A stretch of 64,000 nt of DNA, from NCBI GenBank assembly GCA_963749905.1, contig CAVVOF010000003.1, forward strand, positions 908,195-972,194. Reading direction: 5' to 3'. Shown piece after piece: positions 38,928 to 47,474 of this stretch (the first letter of the stretch is position 1; each line of letters starts with the position of its first letter). The position numbers and the translations under genes are program-made. Source of the DNA: an uncultured Actinomycetota bacterium. GTDB taxonomy: Bacteria; Actinomycetota; Actinomycetes; S36-B12. Below the pieces are notes generated by a model, which saw only the letters and a program-made list of their open reading frames with translations, was not told the DNA's origin and did not search any database.

Positions 38928-38945
38928 GTAATTACCATTACACAA
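38916..38945. promoter_or_regulatory. AT-rich nested palindromes overlapping the start codon of the RHH-like gene
   Basis: TTGTGTA (38916..38922) / TACACAA (38939..38945), and TGTAAT (38927..38932)-TACC-ATTACA (38937..38942). This is the most AT-rich patch I saw in the window. Confidence 0.4.
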
Positions 38946-39018
38946 GGTCGTGGAAGGAGCCACCGTCGTTCGCGGGAGGCGAACGTCGTCGCGGAAGCGG
39001 TGGGAGCGGTGGGGACGG

Positions 39019-39306
39019 CTAGGCGAAGTGCTCGACCAGCGGCGGGCCGTCGAAGTGCGGGCCGATGAGCGCCCGCCACTCGGCAAAGAGGTCCGAGCCG
39101 CGGAACCCCTCCGTGTGGTGCTCGAGGGTCTCCCACTGGATCGTGAACAGGTAGGTGCTCGGTCGCTCGACGCACCACCCGTGTGCCCGGAAGTCGACAT
39201 AGCCGGATGCACGCGGCAGCACGGTGTTGGCCGCGGTCCGAAGCGCGTCCTCGAACTCCTGCTCATGCCCGGGCAGCACGGCAACCTGCGCCACCTCGAG
39301 CACCAT
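39019..39306 (-). CDS. Antibiotic biosynthesis monooxygenase (ABM) domain protein
   Basis: MVLEVAQVAVLPGHEQEFEDALRTAANTVLPRASGYVDFRAHGWCVERPSTYLFTIQWETLEHHTEGFRGS, 95 aa. Confidence 0.65.
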   Translation of the reverse strand: MVLEVAQVAVLPGHEQEFEDALRTAANTVLPRASGYVDFRAHGWCVERPSTYLFTIQWETLEHHTEGFRGSDLFAEWRALIGPHFDGPPLVEHFA

Positions 39307-39677
39307 CAGAAGGCCCAGTCCTCGGCGAGCACCGTCTCCTGAAGCACCATGCGGAGGGGCTCCATTCGGAGTACGGCGGGCGGCCCCTCCAGGTACTCCG
39401 GCATCGTCGACATCATGCGTGCGAATCCCTGGGAGCCGCGATGCGCCTCCTCGGCGTCCTCGTCCTTGAAGACCTCGTAGAGCCACACGAGATTCCCATC
39501 GTCCGGGTCGAGTGACAGGAGGAACATCTCCGTCCCCGGCTCCTCCTCGAGCCCGTCCGCATACGTGTTCAGGACCTCGAGCATCGAGGGTCGCATGCCC
39601 TCCTTGCAGGTCAGGCGGACGAGCAGGCAGCGCCGCCCCGGCAGCAGGACCTGGACCGGCTCCTCGTTCGCGTCCAT
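39306..39677 (-). CDS. ABM-domain (quinol monooxygenase-like) protein
   Basis: LLVRLTCKEGMRPSMLEVLNTYADGLEEEPGTEMFLLSLDPDDGNLVWLYEVFKDEDAEEAHRGS. 1-nt overlap (TGATG) with the next ABM gene. Confidence 0.6.
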   Translation of the reverse strand: MDANEEPVQVLLPGRRCLLVRLTCKEGMRPSMLEVLNTYADGLEEEPGTEMFLLSLDPDDGNLVWLYEVFKDEDAEEAHRGSQGFARMMSTMPEYLEGPPAVLRMEPLRMVLQETVLAEDWAF

Positions 39678-39678
39678 C

Positions 39679-40623
39679 TCAGGCGACGTTCTCGACGTAC
39701 CAGTCGTAGGTACTCGCCAGCCCGTCCTGGAGCTTGATGGCCGGGTACCAGCCCAGCTCGTTGATGCGCGTCGTGTCGAGCAGTTTCCGCGGCATGCCGT
39801 CGGGCTTGCTCGTGTCCCACTCGATCTCGCCCTCGAAGCCCACGACCGAGGCCACCGTCTCGGCGAGCTCCTTGATGGGCAGGTCGTCGCCCCAGCCGAT
39901 GTTGATGGTGTCGGACGAGTCGTACGTCTGCAGCAGGGTCAGGCACGCCTGAGCGAGGTCGTCGACATGCAGGAACTCGCGCCGGGGGGCGCCCGTACCC
40001 CACACGGTGACGGTCGGTGCGCCGCTGACCTTGGCCTCGTGAAAGCGTCGGATGAATGCCGGAAGCACGTGTGAGGTCTCGAGGTCGAAGTTGTCCTTCG
40101 GGCCGTAGAGGTTGGTGGGCATCGCCGAGATCCAGTGCCGGCCGTATTCGGTGCGGTGGGCCTCGATGTAGTAGATGCCCGAGATCTTCGCCATCGCGTA
40201 GGCCTGGTTGGTCGGCTCGAGTGGCCCGGTCATCAGGGAGGACTCCCGGATCGGCTGCGTGGCGTGACGCGGGTAGATGCACGACGAGCCCAGGAACAGC
40301 AGTCGGTCGACATCGCAGGCGTGGGCGGCGTCCATCACGTTGGTCTGGATCAGCAGGTTGTCCTTGAGGAACTCCACCGGGTAGGTCGAGTTCGCCATGA
40401 TGCCGCCGACCTTGGCGGCGGCATCGATGATGATGTCGGGACGCGCCTGAGTGATCGCATCCATCGTCGCGTCTCGGTCGCACAGGTCGAGTTCGCTGGA
40501 GCGCCAGCCGACGACCTCGCCCACGCCGGACGCCTCCAGCGCGCGAACGATCGCCGAGCCCACCAGGCCGTTGTGGCCCGCCACGTACACCTTCACGTCC
40601 GGCCAGTGGATCTGCTGAAGCAT
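39679..40623 (-). CDS. fcl: GDP-L-fucose synthase (GDP-4-keto-6-deoxymannose epimerase/reductase)
   Basis: ATG 40623. VYVAGHNGLVGSAI, GGIMANSTYPVEFLKDNL, LFLGSSCIYP, YAMAKISG (YxxxK), NLYGPKDNF. Confidence 0.9.
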   Translation of the reverse strand: MLQQIHWPDVKVYVAGHNGLVGSAIVRALEASGVGEVVGWRSSELDLCDRDATMDAITQARPDIIIDAAAKVGGIMANSTYPVEFLKDNLLIQTNVMDAAHACDVDRLLFLGSSCIYPRHATQPIRESSLMTGPLEPTNQAYAMAKISGIYYIEAHRTEYGRHWISAMPTNLYGPKDNFDLETSHVLPAFIRRFHEAKVSGAPTVTVWGTGAPRREFLHVDDLAQACLTLLQTYDSSDTINIGWGDDLPIKELAETVASVVGFEGEIEWDTSKPDGMPRKLLDTTRINELGWYPAIKLQDGLASTYDWYVENVA

Positions 40624-40685
40624 GGCGAGATTGTCGCACAGGGGCCACCCGCCGGACCGGACGTGGCAACCCGGGGGGTGCAAGG

Positions 40686-41921
40686 ATGACGACCATGAGA
40701 GTCGTGTCGATCGAGCAGTTGAAGGGCATCTTCTCCGGTCTCCCAGAGAACCCGCGAGTGGTCGCATCCGGGAACTTCGCCACCCCGACGGTCCTGCTGG
40801 ACGCACTGGACTCGACCGTCCCCGAGTACAAGCTGCACATGCTCAATGCGCAGAAGGGACTCCCGGACCGCGAGGGGGTGGAGTACGAGACCACCTTCGT
40901 CGGGCCGGGCATGCGCGGGCACGATCGCCTCGTCTACATCCCGTGTCGACTGAGCCTGACGCCCGTTCTCTACCGCGACCACTACCGGCCGGACGTGGTG
41001 CTGCTGCACACCTCGGCACGCCGGCACGACACCGTCAGCCTCGGCACCGAGGTCAACGTGCTGCCGGCCGCGATCGAGGCCGTGCGCGAGCGAGGCGGCC
41101 TCGTCATCGCGCAGGCCAACCCGAAGATGCCGTACACCTACGGCGACGCCCAGGTGTACGAGCACGAGATCGACTTCCTCGTCGAGGTCGACGTGCCGTT
41201 GGCCACGCACACCCCGAAGCCGCTCGATGACATCTCCCGCGAGATCGGCAAGCGGATCGCCGCGCGGGTCAATGACGCCTCGACCCTGCAGTTGGGGATC
41301 GGTGCGGTCCCGGACGCGGTCCTGGCGTCCCTCACCACTCATCGGGACCTGCGCATCTGGACGGAGATGTTCAGCGACGGCGTGCTCGAGCTGCACAAGC
41401 AGGGCTGCCTCGACAACGACATCCCGCTCACCGCATCGTTCCTCTTCGGCTCGCAGGAGTTGTACGACTGGGTGCACCTGAACAAGCGGGTCCGCATGCT
41501 CCGCACGGAGCGCACCAACGACCCCGCCCAGATCGCCCGGCAGGCGCGGATGACCAGCGTCAACGGCGCGCTGCAGGTCGACCTCTTCGACCAGGCGAAC
41601 GCGAGCCGGGTCAAGGGCTGCATCTACTCCGGCTTCGGCGGCTCCACCGACTTCATCGTCGGCGCGCTGCACTCGCGCGGCGGCCAGTCGTTCATGGCCC
41701 TGCACTCGTGGCACCCGAAGGCCAACGTGTCGACCATCGTGCCCCACCTGGTCGAGCCCGTGACGAGCTTCCAGCACAGCTACGTGGCGACGGAGCACGG
41801 GCTGGCCCAGTGCTTCGGTCGCAGCCAGCGCTCGCAGGCCAACAACATCATCGACAACGCCGCGCATCCGGATGTTCGCGACGAGCTGCGCGAGGCGGCC
41901 GGCGAGATGGGCCTGATGTAG
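40686..41921 (+). CDS. Acetyl-CoA hydrolase/transferase family protein
   Basis: LQLGIGAVPDAVL, MTSVNGALQVDLFDQANAS..IYSGFGGSTDFIVGA. Confidence 0.85.
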   Translation: MTTMRVVSIEQLKGIFSGLPENPRVVASGNFATPTVLLDALDSTVPEYKLHMLNAQKGLPDREGVEYETTFVGPGMRGHDRLVYIPCRLSLTPVLYRDHYRPDVVLLHTSARRHDTVSLGTEVNVLPAAIEAVRERGGLVIAQANPKMPYTYGDAQVYEHEIDFLVEVDVPLATHTPKPLDDISREIGKRIAARVNDASTLQLGIGAVPDAVLASLTTHRDLRIWTEMFSDGVLELHKQGCLDNDIPLTASFLFGSQELYDWVHLNKRVRMLRTERTNDPAQIARQARMTSVNGALQVDLFDQANASRVKGCIYSGFGGSTDFIVGALHSRGGQSFMALHSWHPKANVSTIVPHLVEPVTSFQHSYVATEHGLAQCFGRSQRSQANNIIDNAAHPDVRDELREAAGEMGLM

Positions 41922-42803
41922 GTGCCCGAGCTGCCCGAGGTCGAGGCGCTCGCCCGGTTCCTGGGGGAGCGCACCTCGGGTGCCCGAGTCGCGAGCCTGA
42001 CGCTGGCCAGCCTCTCGGCGCTGAAGACCGTCCAGCCGTCCCTGACGGATCTCGCAGGTCAGCGGGTCGACAGCGTGGCCCGTCGAGGGAAGTTCCTCGA
42101 CCTGGCGACTGAGGACGGGCTGCACCTCGTGTGGCATCTGTCGCGTGCCGGCTGGGTGCAGTGGCGGGACGAGGTGCCGGACAGCCCGGTGCGTCCGGGC
42201 AAGGGGCCACTCGCGCTGCGCGTCGCGTTCGTCAACGACGATGGCGAGCCCATCGGCGGTTTCGACGTGACGGAGGCCGGCACGCAGAAGCGGCTCGCCA
42301 TCTATGTGGTGCGCGACCCGGGGGAGGTGCCCGGGATCGCCCGGCTTGGGCCGGACGCGCTGGGTGACGAGCTGACGCAGGAGGAGTTCGCCCGGATCCT
42401 GACCGCGGCAGGGCGGGCGCAGATCAAAGGCGTCCTGCGCGACCAGTCCGTCATCGCGGGTATCGGCAATGCCTACAGCGACGAGATCCTGCACGCGGCC
42501 CGACTCTCACCGTTCCACCCCTGCTCGAGCCTGACGCCGGACGAGGTGGCAGCGCTGTACGAGTGTCTGCGGGCGGAGCTGTCGGCAGCCGTGGAGCGCA
42601 GTCGGGGGCACGGCACCGGCACCCTCAAGTCGGAGAAGAAGGCCAATCTCGCGGTGCACGGACGGGCTGGCGAGGCCTGCCCGGTGTGCGGAGACGTGGT
42701 CAGGGAGGTGTCCTTCGCGAACTCGGCCCTGCAGTACTGCGCGACCTGCCAGACCGGAGGAAAACTGCTGGCCGATCGTCGGATGAGCCGCCTCCTGAAG
42801 TAG
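41922..42803 (+). CDS. Fpg/Nei family DNA glycosylase
   Basis: MPELPEVE N-terminus, H2TH IKGVLRDQSVIAGIGNAYSDEILH, zinc finger CPVCGDVV...YCATCQ. Confidence 0.87.
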   Translation: MPELPEVEALARFLGERTSGARVASLTLASLSALKTVQPSLTDLAGQRVDSVARRGKFLDLATEDGLHLVWHLSRAGWVQWRDEVPDSPVRPGKGPLALRVAFVNDDGEPIGGFDVTEAGTQKRLAIYVVRDPGEVPGIARLGPDALGDELTQEEFARILTAAGRAQIKGVLRDQSVIAGIGNAYSDEILHAARLSPFHPCSSLTPDEVAALYECLRAELSAAVERSRGHGTGTLKSEKKANLAVHGRAGEACPVCGDVVREVSFANSALQYCATCQTGGKLLADRRMSRLLK

Positions 42804-42805
42804 TC

Positions 42806-42875
42806 CCCCGATGCTGCGGCACTCGTGGCTGGACAAATCGGACGCGGACCAGCCACGAGTGCCGCAGCATCGGGG
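42806..42875. repeat. 70-nt hairpin repeat, copy 1 (27-bp perfect stem, 16-nt loop)
   Basis: CCCCGATGCTGCGGCACTCGTGGCTGG-ACAAATCGGACGCGGA-CCAGCCACGAGTGCCGCAGCATCGGGG. It starts 2 nt after the fpg/nei stop and ends at the base before the DUF559 stop. Confidence 0.85.
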
Positions 42876-43755
42876 TCAGCGGCGAGCCGCCCCGTCGCGC
42901 AGGGCTGCGCGCACCCGGGCGACGATCCGCGGCGGGTAGCGCATGTCCTCCCCGACCACCTCGACGACGATCCACCCGTGCTCGCGCAGCACCGCGCGCC
43001 GCGCCGCGTCCTTGGCACGCTGCGCCATCGGGGCGTGCACCTCGCCGTCGTACTCGACGATCACGCGTTCCCGGCGGAAGACGAGGTCTCCCCGCGCCAG
43101 GAACTGGCCGTCGGCATCGGTGATGACGCCGTTGACCTCGGGGCGCGGCAGCCGCGCGCGACGAAGGAGGACGCGCAGATGGGACTCGCGCGGCGACTCG
43201 GCCCCCGGATCCAGCCAGGGCAGCTGCGGACACCGCTCGGGCCCGACCGGGGTAGCGCAGTCGTCGTTGCGCCACGTCGAGCAGGTCGGCAGCTGAGACC
43301 GCATGCCGACGCATGACGACGTCTCCGAGCGCGACGAGGTGAGTGAAGTCCAGCAGGGCGGCGAGGTCTACATACGTTCGGGCCGGAGTCGTCACCCGGA
43401 ACTCCCCGAGCACCGACACATCCTCGGGCGGAAGTTGTGCGTGGTGGGTCACGATGTCTCGCCGCCGCGGCCGCGAGTGCTGGCGATCCGTGGTGACATG
43501 GATCGCGCCTTCGCGGAGTGTCGACGGCAGCGGAAGGCCGTGCAGCCGGGCTGCAGCGGTGTGCGACAGGACGATGTCGTCGCGCAGCGGCAGTTGGGCC
43601 GCCTGCAGTCGTCGGACCTCGCCTGACGTCCCGTCGCACTGGGGCAGTCGGACACCCCGACTGGTGAGTACGAAGTCGCGACGTCGGGTCTGCGCCCGGC
43701 TCAGCGCTGCGGAGCCGTCCGCCGTGACGAGGAAGGGAGCGCGCGCGTCGTCCAT
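42876..43755 (-). pseudogene. AbiEi-like N-domain + DUF559 (Vsr-like endonuclease fold) gene, one frame change near 43225-43245
   Basis: N-part MDDARAPFLVTADG...LSHTAAARLHGLPLP...TPARTYVDLAALL..RRLRYPGRARA in one frame. LPWLDPGAESPRESHLRVLLRRARLPRPEVN...VIVEYDGEVH in another. Confidence 0.7.
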
Positions 43756-43854
43756 GCGGGAACGGTGGGACAGCGCGACGGCGGCTGTCCGACCTGCCGT
43801 GGCCGCTGTGGACGACCGACGCCGTGCCCCGGCCGTGCGCTTATCCCGACTACC

Positions 43855-43924
43855 CCCCGATGCTGCGGCACTCGTGGCTGGACAAATCGGACGCGGACCA
43901 GCCACGAGTGCCGCAGCATCGGGG
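43855..43924. repeat. 70-nt hairpin repeat, copy 2 (identical to copy 1, same orientation)
   Basis: Same 70-mer. Flanking C/G extends the stem to 28 bp. It lies 100 nt upstream of the DUF559 ATG and 25 nt upstream of the methyltransferase ATG. Confidence 0.85.
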
Positions 43925-43949
43925 GAGGCGCTGCCCGTAGGCTGCGGGC

Positions 43950-44660
43950 ATGTTCGCGAAGAAGACGAAGGCGACCGGAGCGCTCCCCCCGGGCAAGTAC
44001 CGCATGGGCGGCAAGCACTTCAAGAACGACGCGGCCTTCATCAAGACCGCGGTTCGAGACGTGAAGCGCCTCGAGCGCTACTGCGGACTGACGACGGACT
44101 CCCGCCTCCTCGACTGGGGGTGCGGCGCCGGCCGACTGGCTGTCGGGGTCCGTGAGCGCTTCGCCGACCAGGGCGGGCGCATCGCCGACTACCACGGCGT
44201 CGACGTCCAGCCCGAGCTCATCGACTGGGCCGAGGAGAACCTGGCCGGTCCTGGCTACCGGTTCACCTGCGTCGACGTCAGCAATGAGCGCTACAACCCG
44301 GACGGCACCCCCGAGCGCACCCTGGCAGCCGACCCGGGCACCGTCGACGTCCTCTACGCCTACTCGGTGTTCTCCCACATGAACGACGAGGACACCGCCG
44401 CCTACCTAGGGCTCATCTCCGAGGCGCTCGCACCGAGCGGTAAGGCCTTCGTCACCTGCTTCGTCGAAGAGGACGTCCCGGGCTGGGAGGAGAATCCGGA
44501 CGGGTACGGCCCGCTCGAATGGAAGGGCCGCCTGCACTGCACCCGGTTCGCCCGCTGGCACTTCGAAGACCACGTGAACGCCGCGCGACTGGCGGTTGAC
44601 CGGTTCGAGTACGGCCAGGAGACAGACGGCCAGAGCCTCTACGTACTACGCAAAAGGTAG
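43950..44660 (+). CDS. Class I SAM-dependent methyltransferase
   Basis: Motif I LLDWGCGAGRLAVGV, post-I HGVDV, VLYAYSVFSHM. No DNA-methyltransferase (D/N)PP(Y/F) or PC motif seen. Confidence 0.8.
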   Translation: MFAKKTKATGALPPGKYRMGGKHFKNDAAFIKTAVRDVKRLERYCGLTTDSRLLDWGCGAGRLAVGVRERFADQGGRIADYHGVDVQPELIDWAEENLAGPGYRFTCVDVSNERYNPDGTPERTLAADPGTVDVLYAYSVFSHMNDEDTAAYLGLISEALAPSGKAFVTCFVEEDVPGWEENPDGYGPLEWKGRLHCTRFARWHFEDHVNAARLAVDRFEYGQETDGQSLYVLRKR

Positions 44661-44768
44661 GTAAGAACCTCACGGATTCCCCCGTCCGGCCGGCGTCGGT
44701 CGTCGGGAATCCGCCCGTCTTGGGCTATCGTCGAAACCGACCTGATCCTCACCGGAAGGCCTTCCCGC

Positions 44769-46046
44769 ATGCGCCGCGCCCTGACTGTTGCTCTCCTGAG
44801 CGTCTCCATCGCCGTCACCGGACTGACTGCCGCCGCCCCGGCGCAGGCCGTCACCGGTGGGCCCATCGACGACCTCGCGTTCGGGATGCACATCCCGCAG
44901 ATCTCGCAGGGCGAGGCCACGTCCGTCAACGAGGGCACCGTCCGGCTGTGGGACTCGGGGGTGGCCTGGGGCCAGGTCAACCAGGCGAACGGCAAGTACT
45001 GGTGGAACGGCCTCGACGCCGCCATCGCCAACGCCAACCAGCAGAACCTGCAGATCCTCTACGTCCTCGGTTCGACGCCCAAGTGGGCGGCAACCAGCAC
45101 CAAGCAGGGCACGTACCCCAACAAGGGCGCGGCGTCGATGCCCAAGAACATCAAGTACTGGAAGAACTGGGTGACGGCGGTCGTCAAGCGCTACGGCAGC
45201 TCGATCGACGCGTACCAGATCTGGAACGAGGCGAACCTGCAGACGTTCTGGCAGGGCACCCCGAAGCAGATGGCACAGCTGACGCAGCAGGCCTACAAGA
45301 TCATCCGCAAGTACGACCCGACGGCGAAGGTGGTGGCCGCCAGCACCACGGTGCGCCTGCAGAGCGCCTACAAGAAGTTCTTCCCGAAGTACCTGAAGGA
45401 GCTCAAGAAGGTCAAGTGGCCGATCGACGTCATGTCCGTGCACCTGTACCCGGCCAGCACCGGCACTCCCGCTGATCGCGTGAACTTCATCAAGCAGGTC
45501 CAGAAGGACATGAAGAAGGGCAAGGTCCCGAAGAGCAAGGCGCTGTGGGACACCGAGATCAACTACGGCATCGCCGGTCCGGGCTCGAGCAACAAGCGCA
45601 AGGTGATCGACGGCGCCCAGGCGGCCGCGTGGGTGGCGTCGACGTACCTCGACAACGTGCTCTACGGGGTCCAGCGGGCCTACTGGTACTACTGGTTCAA
45701 CAACTCGAACCTCGTCGGCATCCAGATGTTCAACGGCACTGCCGGGGCGACGGGCTACCAGACGGTGCGCAACTGGCTCAGCGGCGGGTTCTACTCGTGC
45801 ACCGAGGGCACGCCGAACGTCTGCCAACTCGGCGACAACGTCGCGCCGAAGGTGGTCGCGTGGGCGGACAAGGGCTCAGGTACCTTTACGGTGCCCGCAA
45901 ACGCGACCGTCACCTGCAATGCGCTGAACCAGTGCACCCCGGTGGCTCCCGGGTCGCAGGTGACGATTGGAAGCATGCCGCAATGGTTCGGAACGCCCGC
46001 AGTCCCCGCCCCGCCGGTCGATCCCACCGCGCCGCCCGCCTCGTAG
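44769..46046 (+). CDS. Secreted clan GH-A (TIM-barrel, GH39/GH5-like) glycoside hydrolase
   Basis: Signal MRRALTVALLSVSIAVTGLTAAAPAQA. YQIWNEANL (acid/base NE). LWDTEINYG (nucleophile E). Lys-rich and visibly lower GC than its neighbours. Confidence 0.75.
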   Translation: MRRALTVALLSVSIAVTGLTAAAPAQAVTGGPIDDLAFGMHIPQISQGEATSVNEGTVRLWDSGVAWGQVNQANGKYWWNGLDAAIANANQQNLQILYVLGSTPKWAATSTKQGTYPNKGAASMPKNIKYWKNWVTAVVKRYGSSIDAYQIWNEANLQTFWQGTPKQMAQLTQQAYKIIRKYDPTAKVVAASTTVRLQSAYKKFFPKYLKELKKVKWPIDVMSVHLYPASTGTPADRVNFIKQVQKDMKKGKVPKSKALWDTEINYGIAGPGSSNKRKVIDGAQAAAWVASTYLDNVLYGVQRAYWYYWFNNSNLVGIQMFNGTAGATGYQTVRNWLSGGFYSCTEGTPNVCQLGDNVAPKVVAWADKGSGTFTVPANATVTCNALNQCTPVAPGSQVTIGSMPQWFGTPAVPAPPVDPTAPPAS

Positions 46047-47326
46047 CACTCACGGCGGCGGGCACGGCCATGGCCCTGCTCGTGGCGGGCTGCTCCTCGG
46101 GCGGTGACGAGCCGGCCCCGAGCCAGTCCGCGGCGGCGTCCGGTTCCGCCGCGCCGGCCGCCGACGGCGTGCCCGCGTCCCTCGTCGGCATGCATGTCGA
46201 GGGCGAGGAGGCCGGCAACTGGCCGTCCGCCCCCTTCGGCGCATTGCGGCTGTGGGACAACGGCACCGGCTGGTCGCAGATCGAGCTGGAGCCGGGCGTC
46301 TACAAGTGGGACAACCTCGAGGGCGCTCTCGAGAACGCGGCGTCCAAGGGCATGTCCGACATCCTGATGGTGCTCGGCACCACCCCCGAGTGGAACGCCA
46401 CGAAGATCACCGACACGGACTATCCGCAGCCGGGCGCCGCCAGCGCGCCGAAGGATCTGGCGGCCTGGGACGCATGGGTCACCGAGGTGGCCACCCGGTA
46501 CAAGGGCCGCATCTCCGCCTACCAGATCTGGAACGAGGCGAACCTCAAGAACTTCTGGGGTGGCACTCCCGAGGAGATGGCCGAGCTCACGAAGCGGGCC
46601 TACGACATCATCAAGGCGATCGACCCCGACGCGCTCGTGGTTTCCGCTTCGCCCACCACCCGGTTGACCGCCGCGTTCGACAAGTTCTTCCCCGCGTACC
46701 TCACCGCGCTGGGTGAGCAGGGCTGGCCGGTCGACGTGATCGCCATCCACACGTATCCCGCGGGCGATGGCGATCCCGTTGCACGTGGTGCGGCGATCTC
46801 GAAGGCGCGCGAGTACCTGGCGGCCGCGGGCGCACCCGACCTGCCGCTGTGGGACACCGAGCTGAACTTCGGCATCGCCGGCCCGGGCGACATCGCCGGC
46901 CAGGACATCACCGGACCCCGCGCGGCCGGTTTCGTGGTCCGCACCTACATCGACGACCTTCGGTACGACGTGGGCCGTTCCTACTGGTACATCTGGACCC
47001 AGCGACCCGGTGGCAACACCGGCGCTGTCCGGGGCATCCAGGCCTACCCCGGCTCCGACGCAGAGCAGGGCTTCTTCGCCCTGGAGAACTGGGTGATCGG
47101 GGCGTCGTTCGACGGGTGCACCGACGACGCCACCGGGACGGTGACGTGCAACTTCTCGAAGGACGGCACGTCGTGGGTCGTGGCGTGGGCCGAGAACGGC
47201 GATGCCGCCTACACGGTGCCCGAGGGCGCTCGGCTGGTCTGCGACCCGCTGGCCAACTGCCAGGAGGTCGAGTCGGGGGCCGCGATCACCGTCACCGAGG
47301 TCCCGGTCCGGTTCTACTTCCAGTAG
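45983..47326 (+). CDS. Lipoprotein paralog of the preceding GH-A hydrolase
   Basis: MVRNARSPRPAGRSHRAARLVALTAAGTAMALLVAGC (lipobox). YQIWNEANL. LWDTELNFG. The proposed start overlaps the upstream gene by 64 nt (start uncertain). Confidence 0.72.
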   Translation: MVRNARSPRPAGRSHRAARLVALTAAGTAMALLVAGCSSGGDEPAPSQSAAASGSAAPAADGVPASLVGMHVEGEEAGNWPSAPFGALRLWDNGTGWSQIELEPGVYKWDNLEGALENAASKGMSDILMVLGTTPEWNATKITDTDYPQPGAASAPKDLAAWDAWVTEVATRYKGRISAYQIWNEANLKNFWGGTPEEMAELTKRAYDIIKAIDPDALVVSASPTTRLTAAFDKFFPAYLTALGEQGWPVDVIAIHTYPAGDGDPVARGAAISKAREYLAAAGAPDLPLWDTELNFGIAGPGDIAGQDITGPRAAGFVVRTYIDDLRYDVGRSYWYIWTQRPGGNTGAVRGIQAYPGSDAEQGFFALENWVIGASFDGCTDDATGTVTCNFSKDGTSWVVAWAENGDAAYTVPEGARLVCDPLANCQEVESGAAITVTEVPVRFYFQ

Positions 47327-47474
47327 CGGCCTGGTTCCCGGCTGTGCCGATATCCGTCCACAACGGACAATTCATCCCCGGGTAAAGATTCGGACAACCG
47401 CGCGTCTGCGTGGCCGGAACCGCCTCGGGCCGCTGCTACCGTGGTCGGACGTCCTGGTACCGGGGAGGTGACGC

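Noticed and set aside
42876-44660. DUF559 nuclease plus the divergent methyltransferase as a restriction-modification pair.
   Set aside because: The methyltransferase has a generic class I SAM fold motif (DWGCGAG) but no (D/N)PP(Y/F) or PC/ENV DNA-methyltransferase motifs. The nuclease is frameshifted.
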